A program made the translations under genes and the position numbers. The notes under the pieces were generated by a model, which worked only from the letters and a program-made list of their open reading frames with translations, ran no database searches and was not told the DNA's origin. 32,000 nt of DNA from Geotalea daltonii FRC-32 (lineage in GTDB: Bacteria > Desulfobacterota > Desulfuromonadia > Geobacterales > Geobacteraceae): contig NC_011979.1 of assembly GCF_000022265.1 (NCBI RefSeq), forward strand, positions 2,730,001 to 2,762,000, given 5' to 3'. Of this stretch, positions 16,714 to 24,064 are shown one piece after another (position 1 is the stretch's first letter; each line of letters begins with the position of its first letter).

Positions 16714-18027
16714 ATGGCTTACGGAGATTTAAGTTTCGACACGGTGAAAGTGCGGGGAGGGTACGACCCGAAGGCGCACAACCTGGCGGTTTCGGTACCG
16801 ATCTATCAAACGGCGTCCTTCGAGCTGGGGGACACGGAGCGGGTCGAGCGGTTGCTCCGCTTCAAAGAGCTTGGTTTCGTCTATACCCGGCTCGGCAACC
16901 CTACCGTGCAAGTGCTGGAGGAGCGGATCGCTGCACTGGACGGCGGCAGTGCCGCCATTGCGGTAGGGTCGGGGATGGCTGCAGTTACCTATGCCCTGTT
17001 CAACGTGGCGGAAGGGGGAGGGCGGATACTGACCACCCGCAACCTCTACGGCGGTACCGAGGACAGCTTCAAGAAGCTCTTTCCCACCTTTGGCATAGGC
17101 ATTGACCAGGTTGATGATGCCGATGATGTGGATCAGTTTCGCCGGGGGATAAAACCGGAGACCAGGGCCATCTTCGTAGAGAGTATCAGCAACCCCAACG
17201 CCACGCTGCTGGATTTGGAGCGGATCGCTGACGTGGCCCATGAAAACGGCATCCCGCTCATTGTCGACAATACCTTTGCTACCCCCTATCTCTTCAACCC
17301 CCTAAAGCATGGGGCGGATATCGTTGTATATTCGGCCACCAAGGCGTTGGGGGGGCACGGCAACACCATTGCCGGAGTTATCGTCGAAGGGGGCACCTTC
17401 GACTGGGGGAACGGAAAGTTTCCCCAGTTTACCAAGCCCCACTACCTTTTGCGGGACGATACCGGTGTGGAGCGCAGTTTCCTGGAGATCACCCGTGAGT
17501 TCCCCTTTACCCTCCGGGTCCGCCTCAACTACCTGGTCTATTTCGGCGCCGTCCTGAGCCCGTTCGATGCCTACCTGATCCTGCAGGGGGTCGAAACCCT
17601 GTCGGAGCGGGTCCAGAAGCAGATGACCAACACGGAAAAGATCATCCGTTATCTGGAATCGAAGGGCGAGGTTGCCTGGATCAAGCATCCCTCGGCAAAG
17701 GAAAGTCCCTACCGGGCACTGGCCGAGCGATATTTCCCGAAAGGGGCAGGTTCCACCTTCACCTTCGGGTTCAGGGGGGATGAGGCGCAACGTGACGCCT
17801 TCATCAATTCTGTGAGGCTGTTCAGTTATCAGGCCAATGTGGGTGACAGCCGTTCCCTGATCATCAACTCCCCGAAAACCACCCATGGGGAATTGACACC
17901 GGACGAGCTGGCACTGGCAGATATCCCCCCCGAGACCATCCGGCTTTCCCTCGGGCTGGAGGACGCCAATGACCTGATTGCCGATCTTGAGCAGGCCTTT
18001 GCCCGGTCTCTCGGCGGGAAGGAGTGA
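16714..18027 (+). CDS. O-acetylhomoserine sulfhydrylase paralogue (MetY-like)
   Basis: AAGGAG RBS. ...VSVPIYQTASFELGD...FVYTRLGNPT...YSATKALGGHGN...SLGLED. It is clearly homologous to the gene at 5139..6428 but divergent from it. Confidence 0.85.
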   Translation: MAYGDLSFDTVKVRGGYDPKAHNLAVSVPIYQTASFELGDTERVERLLRFKELGFVYTRLGNPTVQVLEERIAALDGGSAAIAVGSGMAAVTYALFNVAEGGGRILTTRNLYGGTEDSFKKLFPTFGIGIDQVDDADDVDQFRRGIKPETRAIFVESISNPNATLLDLERIADVAHENGIPLIVDNTFATPYLFNPLKHGADIVVYSATKALGGHGNTIAGVIVEGGTFDWGNGKFPQFTKPHYLLRDDTGVERSFLEITREFPFTLRVRLNYLVYFGAVLSPFDAYLILQGVETLSERVQKQMTNTEKIIRYLESKGEVAWIKHPSAKESPYRALAERYFPKGAGSTFTFGFRGDEAQRDAFINSVRLFSYQANVGDSRSLIINSPKTTHGELTPDELALADIPPETIRLSLGLEDANDLIADLEQAFARSLGGKE

Positions 18028-18029
18028 TC

Positions 18030-19499
18030 ATGGCGGTACATCTGAACAATAGTGAAAGTGGCACCAGGGAAAACAGGCTCGGTTCTATCACTGCTTATCA
18101 CGGGACCCTGCGTGACCTGAACACAAGGTCCGGGTGCGGCAGCCTTGTGGACAAGGGGCGCTGCTACAGCCAGGCAAGCCTCTGTAACGCCGCCTGCGCC
18201 CTGAGTCAGCTCAGCTTCATAACCGACGCCGCGGTGGTGCACCACGCTCCGGCAGGGTGCGCCGTTACCGCCATGCAGGTCTGTAATGCCAAGGATCAAT
18301 TGGCTGAATCGCTCGGCCTGGATAATTCCCGCTCGGGCTATGTCTGCACCGACATGAACGATTCGGACGTGATCTTCGGCGCCACCGAAAACTTGAAGGA
18401 CGTGGTGCGGGAGACCTGGAGCCGCTACAAACCTTCAGCCATCTTCATCGGCGCCTCCTGCGTCAGCGGCATCATCGGCGAAGATCTTGAGAGTACGGCT
18501 GCCGAACTGATGGAAGAGTTACCGGTGCCGGTCGCCCCTGTCCATTGCGAGGGCTTCAAGACCAAGATCTGGGCCTCGGGTTTCGACGGGGCCTATCACG
18601 CCATCCTCACCCATGTCGTCAAACCGCCGCAGAAAAAAACCAATACGGTCAACGTGATCAACTTTTTCGGCAGTGCCCGGAAGCAGATCACAGAGATTTT
18701 TGCCAACTTCGGCGTAGAGCCGCTTTTCCTTACCTCCAACACGACAATCGACCAACTCTCCCGGTTGGGGGAAGCGGCGGCTACCATAAGCACCTGCGGC
18801 ACCCTGGGGACCTACCTGGGGGCAGGGCTGGAGGAGAAGTATGGCGTTCCCTATGTGAAGTCGTTGCAGCCCCACGGCATCGCCGGGTTCGAGAGCTGGC
18901 TGCGGGGGCTGGGGGAGGCTCTTGGGAAAGAGGCGGAGGTGGAGGCTTTTCTGGACAAGGAACGTTCCCTTTACCTGCCACGGATCGATGCCATCCGCGC
19001 AAAACTCAAAGGGCTTAGGGCGGTGGTCGGCATGGGGCCCGGCTTCAACTTCAACACTTCCCGTGCTGTCCAGGAACTTGGGATCGAGATCGCCCATGCT
19101 GCCGCGTGGCATTTCGACAAACAGTATGACGATGGCAATGCGCCGGATGCCTTCACTTACCAGGTGGAGCATTCCCCCACCGACTACAGCCTGTCGGTGA
19201 ACGATCTGCAGAACCACGAGCTGCTCAACATCCTCCAGCGGGAAAAGCCGGACATCTTCTTCTCCCGCCATGCCGGATCCACGGTTTGGGCCATGAAATT
19301 GGGCATTCCGGCCATTTGCGTCTACGACGAGTATGCAATCTTCGGCTACCGGGGATTGTTGAATTTCGCATCGTCCATCCATGATGTGGTGACCAACCGG
19401 AGTTTCACTGACAACCTGGCCGGCCGGGTGAGGCTCCCGTACACCGACTGGTGGTTCCGGCAGCGCACCGACCATTTCTATTCCAAGGAGAACGGGTAG
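18030..19499 (+). CDS. Nitrogenase-like alpha-type subunit (NifD/NifE-like)
   Basis: GGAAGGAG lies before ATG 18030, which abuts the metY2 stop. Motifs: SLCNAACAL, HHAPAGC, GASCVSGIIGED, HCEGF, ISTCGTLGTYLGAGLEEKYGVPY. Confidence 0.8.
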   Translation: MAVHLNNSESGTRENRLGSITAYHGTLRDLNTRSGCGSLVDKGRCYSQASLCNAACALSQLSFITDAAVVHHAPAGCAVTAMQVCNAKDQLAESLGLDNSRSGYVCTDMNDSDVIFGATENLKDVVRETWSRYKPSAIFIGASCVSGIIGEDLESTAAELMEELPVPVAPVHCEGFKTKIWASGFDGAYHAILTHVVKPPQKKTNTVNVINFFGSARKQITEIFANFGVEPLFLTSNTTIDQLSRLGEAAATISTCGTLGTYLGAGLEEKYGVPYVKSLQPHGIAGFESWLRGLGEALGKEAEVEAFLDKERSLYLPRIDAIRAKLKGLRAVVGMGPGFNFNTSRAVQELGIEIAHAAAWHFDKQYDDGNAPDAFTYQVEHSPTDYSLSVNDLQNHELLNILQREKPDIFFSRHAGSTVWAMKLGIPAICVYDEYAIFGYRGLLNFASSIHDVVTNRSFTDNLAGRVRLPYTDWWFRQRTDHFYSKENG

Positions 19500-20816
19500 A
19501 TGACGAGAATAATTGATCAGCCCAGGTATGTCTGTGCACTGGGGGCGATGCAGACGGTCCAGGGTATTTACCGCGGGGTGCCTATCCTGCATGCCGGCCC
19601 TGGCTGCGCAGGGAAGCTGGCAGCGGGAATTGCCGGAAACAACGGCGATTCCGGTTACATTTCGCCCCAGGTCTATCCCTGCACAAACGTATCAGAGACA
19701 GAGATCGTCTTTGGCGGCGAAGAGAATTTGCGGCAGACCATTGACAACGCGCTGAAAGTAATCGATGGCGATTTTTTTATCGTCCTGTCCGGCTGTACCA
19801 CCGAGATCGTCGGCGATGATATCGCCACCGTGACCCGCGAATTCGGCGATCGGGACAAGCCGGTGATTTTTGTGGAAACGGCCGGTTTCAAGGGAACCAA
19901 CCTGGAAGGGCACGAGTGGGTAATCGATGCCATTATCGAGCAGTATCTGGCTAAAAAGCCGCCAGTCGAGAAGGTGAAAGGGCTGGTCAATATTTGGGGG
20001 CCGGTTCCTTCCTACGATCCTTTCTGGGTAGGAAACATCAGGGAACTGGAAGCGCTGGTTGCGGAACTGGGCCTGACGCCGAACATCATTTTCGGTGAGT
20101 ATCGAGGGATTGCCGAGATAGACAGGATTCCGGCGGCGGAATACAATCTTCTCGTGGCACCGTGGGTCGGACTGAAGAACATGAAGTCCCTTCAAGAGAA
20201 ATTCGGGACGCCGTACCTGCATTATCCGACCCTGCCCATCGGCGCCTTCGAAACCAGCAGGTTCCTGCGGGCAGTCGGTGAATTTGCCGGGGTGGATCCG
20301 TCGAAGGTCGAGGGGATCATCGGCAGGCACGAGAGGGAATACTATTACCATATTGAACGAACCTCGGACGTCTTCCTGGAGAACCGCACCATGTCGCGGC
20401 GCTTTTCCACGGTGACCAACGCGGCCGATGCCCTGGCAATCTCCCGGTTCCTGGTGAACGACTTCGGGTTGGTGCCGGACCGGCAGTACATCACCGACGG
20501 TACCCCGGCGAAGCATCGTGACGCCATTATCCAGCTGTTCAAGGAATTTCAGTACGGGATCGAGGCAGAGGTTGTCTTCTCGACCGACGGCTACGAAATC
20601 CACAACGACATCAGGAACAACGACTACTTCGGGGCGCCGCTCATCATCGGCAGCATCTATGAGAAGAAACTGGCCGAGGAATTGAACGGCAATTTTCTGG
20701 CGGTGTCGGTGCCGTTCAAAGAACGGCTGGTCCTGAGCAGTTCCTACGTGGGGTACCGCGGCGGCTTGAAATTGCTGGAAGATATCTATACCTATGTGCT
20801 TAAGCAATTCAATTGA
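19500..20816 (+). CDS. Nitrogenase-like beta-type subunit (NifK/NifN-like)
   Basis: The ATG immediately follows the TAG of the D-like gene. Motifs: YVCALGAMQ, VPILHAGPGC, SGCTTEIVGDD, SYVGYRGGLKLLEDI. Confidence 0.8.
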   Translation: MTRIIDQPRYVCALGAMQTVQGIYRGVPILHAGPGCAGKLAAGIAGNNGDSGYISPQVYPCTNVSETEIVFGGEENLRQTIDNALKVIDGDFFIVLSGCTTEIVGDDIATVTREFGDRDKPVIFVETAGFKGTNLEGHEWVIDAIIEQYLAKKPPVEKVKGLVNIWGPVPSYDPFWVGNIRELEALVAELGLTPNIIFGEYRGIAEIDRIPAAEYNLLVAPWVGLKNMKSLQEKFGTPYLHYPTLPIGAFETSRFLRAVGEFAGVDPSKVEGIIGRHEREYYYHIERTSDVFLENRTMSRRFSTVTNAADALAISRFLVNDFGLVPDRQYITDGTPAKHRDAIIQLFKEFQYGIEAEVVFSTDGYEIHNDIRNNDYFGAPLIIGSIYEKKLAEELNGNFLAVSVPFKERLVLSSSYVGYRGGLKLLEDIYTYVLKQFN

Positions 20817-20862
20817 GGTGTGGAAACGCCGATTGCAGCGGCATGCTGACCTGAAAGACCTG

Positions 20863-20892
20863 AGGCCATGGACTTTTTCCATGGCCTTTTTT
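20863..20892 (+). terminator. Rho-independent terminator of the second nitrogenase-like operon
   Basis: AGGCCATGGA-cuuuu-UCCAUGGCCU followed by a U-run. Confidence 0.75.
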
Positions 20893-20991
20893 CATTACAA
20901 GGCCGGTGCGGTATCGGGTTGGAGGGGGAAAATGGATGATTGTGTTTGTTTGAGCGTGGAAACATCTTGATGGAATTAGAAAGTGAGGAGC

Positions 20992-21516
20992 ATGATCAAC
21001 AGGGTTTCGATTAATGAGGGAGTGTCAGCCCATCTGGATGCCTGTCTTGCGATGGTACGCGATTCGGACCTGGGCCGAAATTACTTTCAAGATGAGGGAC
21101 GACTTACCGGAATCATTCGTGAGGGGCTACTCAAAGGGGAGATACGGATAGCCTGCACTGCAGAAAATCCCTGCGCCGGATTTATCTGGTTTACCGGTGC
21201 CGGCATGTTTTACGGCTTTCCCTATATCAGGCTTCTTGCCGTTAATCCCGCCTGCCGTTCCGACGGTATCGGCTCTTTTTTACTTCAGTATGTGGAGGAC
21301 CTCCTCCGGCAACGGCAAGCCCGAAAGGTATTCCTGACGGTGGCAGAGTTCAACCTGCGGGCGAAACGTTTGTATGAAAGGTTAGGCTATGGAGAAGTGG
21401 CGCTGATTTCCGATCTCTATATCGCCGGATATGCCGAACATGTGATGATGAAACAACTGGATGAGGTCCCTCGGCCAACGGATCTTCTCTCGGAGATAGG
21501 ACATGCCATTGCATAA
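20992..21516 (+). CDS. GNAT-family N-acetyltransferase
   Basis: GAGGAG lies before ATG 20992. ...LLAVNPACRSDGIGSFLLQYVE...VFLTVAEFNLRAKRLYERLGY is an acetyl-CoA-binding-type motif. Confidence 0.7.
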   Translation: MINRVSINEGVSAHLDACLAMVRDSDLGRNYFQDEGRLTGIIREGLLKGEIRIACTAENPCAGFIWFTGAGMFYGFPYIRLLAVNPACRSDGIGSFLLQYVEDLLRQRQARKVFLTVAEFNLRAKRLYERLGYGEVALISDLYIAGYAEHVMMKQLDEVPRPTDLLSEIGHAIA

Positions 21517-21522
21517 TCTGAA

Positions 21523-21681
21523 ATGTATGGCACCTTTTTGTGCTATGGTTTGGACTCGAAGGAGAGACCGAAACCAGACCCCGACGGCATCCTGAAACTT
21601 GCTGTTCTATGGGATTCACCGCCTGAAGGTCTGGTCATGGTCGGGGATTACCAGTTGGCTGAAGAGTTCCAGGGGGACTGA
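21523..21681 (+). pseudogene. Remnant of a HAD-superfamily phosphatase (C-terminal motif only)
   Basis: The 52-codon ORF MYGTFLCYGLDSKERPKPDPDGILKLAVLWDSPPEGLVMVGDYQLAEEFQGD keeps the KPxPD...MVGD motif, but the N-terminal catalytic DxD part is absent. Confidence 0.45.
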
Positions 21682-21685
21682 AAAG

Positions 21686-22306
21686 ATGTTCGAAATTCAC
21701 AACTATATCGGCTTTATCACAGCCATTCTCCTCTTTCAGCTGGTTCCCGGCCCCGGAACTGTGGCTATCCTCAATGCAACAGCACGCAGTGGCAGGCTTG
21801 CCGGTATGGGAGCGGTTCTTGGTACATTAGCCGGCGATCTGGTTTATATGGTGGCTGCGGTTTCTGGATTGGCGGCCTTATTGACGGCCAGTCCTGTGCT
21901 CTTCTCGGTGGTACGCCTGGCAGGTATTGCGTATCTATGCCGCTTTGGCTGGACACTTCTACGTTCCGCCACAACCAGCAATGTTCAGGAGACCTGTTCC
22001 GTGCCCAGTGTGCGGCGCTCCTTTCATCAGGCCTTTGTCGTCGGACTCACCAATCCAAAGGTAATCATCTTCTTCATGTCTTTCTTCCCTCTCTTCATGA
22101 CCTCCTCAACAAGCTCTGTTACCTTGGTGATCATGATGGCCCATGTCAGTCTGCTCTGCCTGGTCTATCAGACGCTGCTTGTTTTTGTCGGCGACCAGCT
22201 GGCAAAGCGCCTTACGGGTATGGAGAAGGTTCGCCGTTGTACCACACGCCTGGCAGGGGCGGCTTTGATTGTCTTCGGTATCAAATTGGCCCTGGAGTCT
22301 GATTGA
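21686..22306 (+). CDS. LysE/RhtB-family amino-acid exporter
   Basis: MFEIHNYIGFITAILLFQLVPGPGTVAILNATARSG... with about six TM segments. Confidence 0.8.
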   Translation: MFEIHNYIGFITAILLFQLVPGPGTVAILNATARSGRLAGMGAVLGTLAGDLVYMVAAVSGLAALLTASPVLFSVVRLAGIAYLCRFGWTLLRSATTSNVQETCSVPSVRRSFHQAFVVGLTNPKVIIFFMSFFPLFMTSSTSSVTLVIMMAHVSLLCLVYQTLLVFVGDQLAKRLTGMEKVRRCTTRLAGAALIVFGIKLALESD

Positions 22307-22641
22307 AAAGCCCCAACAACTATAGCCATATTTACAGCATTGTGGCCTGTATCCCCAACGGGCGCGTGGCAACCTACGGACAGATTGCACGGCTGGCAGG
22401 GATACCGGGAGGCGCGAGGCTTGTGGGATACGCATTGAGTGTCCTTGCTGACAGGTCAATTCCGTGGCACCGTGTCGTCAATGCCAGGGGGGAAATCAGC
22501 CCACGCTCAGGCAGTGTTACTGCAGGTGACGTTCAGAGGCTTCGTCTTGAGGAGGAAGGGGTGCAGTTCGACAGGCAAGGTCGAATCGTACTTTCCCGGT
22601 ATCAGTGGCGGCAACAACACGGAGCCAGACAAATTGCTTGA
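22303..22641 (+). CDS. Alkyltransferase-like (ATL) protein, MGMT DNA-binding fold without the acceptor Cys
   Basis: ATYGQIARLAGIPGGARLVGYAL...IPWHRVVNARGEIS carries PWHRV instead of PCHRV. The TTG start overlaps the LysE stop (TTGA). Confidence 0.7.
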   Translation: MKSPNNYSHIYSIVACIPNGRVATYGQIARLAGIPGGARLVGYALSVLADRSIPWHRVVNARGEISPRSGSVTAGDVQRLRLEEEGVQFDRQGRIVLSRYQWRQQHGARQIA

Positions 22642-22725
22642 TAGAAGCCTTCTTAACATCATTCAACCTCTCTCCGCAGGGTTCACTTCGTGGAGAACGT
22701 AACCTTGAAGCACAAAAGGACAAGC

Positions 22726-23904
22726 ATGAGTACACAACACTTTGATTTCGATAGGGTCATCGACCGCCGCAATACAGGCAGCGAGAAATGGGACAAGTAT
22801 GCAGGGCGGGACATCATTCCCCTCTGGGTTGCGGATATGGATTTCCGCTCGCCGCCGGCGGTGATCGAGGCACTGCACGAGCGGGTCGAGCATGGTATTT
22901 TCGGCTATACCCATCCCCCGGCAGAATTGGTTGAGGCCGTACAGGCATCGCTACTGGCCGACTACGACTGGGCGGTGGAGGCAGAATGGATCGTCTGGCT
23001 GCCGGGGCTGGTCTGCGGGCTCAATGTGCTCAGTCTTGCCGTTGGCGAACCAGGTGACCAGGTAATTACCTTCATACCGGTTTATCCGCCATTCATGTCT
23101 GCTCCCGGGCTCACCGGACGGACACTGGTCAAGGTTCCCCTCAAGCTGGAAGATGATCGCTGGCAGATGGATCTGCCTGGCCTGGAATTGGCCATAACTT
23201 CGCGTACCAGATTATTGCTCCTCTGTTCGCCACACAACCCGGTGGGACGTTCCTGGTCCAGGGAAGAACTGGCGGCAATTGCCCAGGTGGCTGAACGTCA
23301 CAATCTCATCATCGGTTCCGATGACATCCACGCCGGACTGGTGCTGGATGAGGACAAACGGCATATCCCCATCGCCACCCTGTCTCCGGAAACGGCACGG
23401 CGCACCATTACCCTGCTGGCACCGAGCAAAACGTACAACATTCCAGGCCTCGGTTGTTCCTTTGCCGTCATCTCCGATCCGGGTTTGCGCCGCGCCTTCC
23501 GCAGCGCCAAGGGCCGCATTGTCCCCCATGTGAATACCCTGGGCTATACAGCGGCGTTGGCCGCCTATCGCCATGGGGAAGAATGGCGCCGGCAGTTGCT
23601 GGATTACCTGCGAGGAAACCGGGATCTGCTTACGGCGGAGATAAATTCCATGCCCGGCCTTACCATGGCCCATGTGGAAGCCACCTACCTTGCCTGGATC
23701 GATGCACGGGGGGCTGGCATAGAGGACCCGGCCGTGTTCTTTGAAGAGGCGGGGGTAGGGCTCTCCGATGGCGCCGATTTTGGCTCCCCCGGTTTTGTCA
23801 GGCTCAATTTCGGCTGCAGCAGGACTCTGCTGCTGGAGGCTCTGGGCCGGATGCGTCAGGCCTTGTCGCAAGAAGTGCCATTAAGGAGTAAAATCGAGAG
23901 GTGA
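22726..23904 (+). CDS. PatB/MalY-type PLP-dependent C-S lyase (cystathionine beta-lyase-like aminotransferase class I/II)
   Basis: MSTQHFDFDRVIDRRNTGSEKWDKY...IPLWVADMDF...APSKTYNIPGL...VRLNFGC. Confidence 0.85.
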   Translation: MSTQHFDFDRVIDRRNTGSEKWDKYAGRDIIPLWVADMDFRSPPAVIEALHERVEHGIFGYTHPPAELVEAVQASLLADYDWAVEAEWIVWLPGLVCGLNVLSLAVGEPGDQVITFIPVYPPFMSAPGLTGRTLVKVPLKLEDDRWQMDLPGLELAITSRTRLLLLCSPHNPVGRSWSREELAAIAQVAERHNLIIGSDDIHAGLVLDEDKRHIPIATLSPETARRTITLLAPSKTYNIPGLGCSFAVISDPGLRRAFRSAKGRIVPHVNTLGYTAALAAYRHGEEWRRQLLDYLRGNRDLLTAEINSMPGLTMAHVEATYLAWIDARGAGIEDPAVFFEEAGVGLSDGADFGSPGFVRLNFGCSRTLLLEALGRMRQALSQEVPLRSKIER

Positions 23905-23981
23905 AATAAAAAGTGGCCATCGCTGCCGACTGCCTCTACTTCTCCTGTTGATTGATAAATACGATCAAAATTTAAATTACT

Positions 23982-23996
23982 ATTGATATTATCAAT
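23982..23996. promoter_or_regulatory. Perfect 15-bp palindrome upstream of the nifS-selD promoter
   Basis: ATTGATA-T-TATCAAT. A nearby TTGAT-N11-ATCAA lies at 23948..23968. Confidence 0.4.
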
Positions 23997-24003
23997 ATAG
24001 TGC

Positions 24004-24032
24004 TTGCAAGATGGAAGTGTAGCTGCTATAAA
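24004..24032 (+). promoter_or_regulatory. Sigma70-like promoter of nifS-selD
   Basis: TTGCAA (24004..24009), a 17-nt spacer, then TATAAA (24027..24032). Confidence 0.45.
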
Positions 24033-24033
24033 A

Positions 24034-24048
24034 CTATTAAATCGATAG
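24034..24048. promoter_or_regulatory. CTAT-N7-ATAG box (box 3) adjoining the -10
   Basis: CTATTAAATCGATAG followed by ATTAACGG. Confidence 0.45.
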
Positions 24049-24064
24049 ATTAACGGAGCGCTCA

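Noticed and set aside
14925-20816. A NifH/MarH-like Fe-protein gene in the nitrogenase-like loci
   Set aside because: I searched all supplied ORF translations for the GKGGIGKS-type P-loop and the CxxxxxxxC cluster motif and found none. The only P-loop protein is the ABC ATPase.
18519-20882. Minus-strand ORFs of 357 aa and 396 aa
   Set aside because: They are shadow frames opposite the NifD/E-like and NifK/N-like genes.
23948-23996. Fur box
   Set aside because: The half-sites TGATA/TATCA are similar, but the spacing and flanks do not reproduce the GATAATGATAATCATTATC consensus. It is reported only as an unassigned palindrome.
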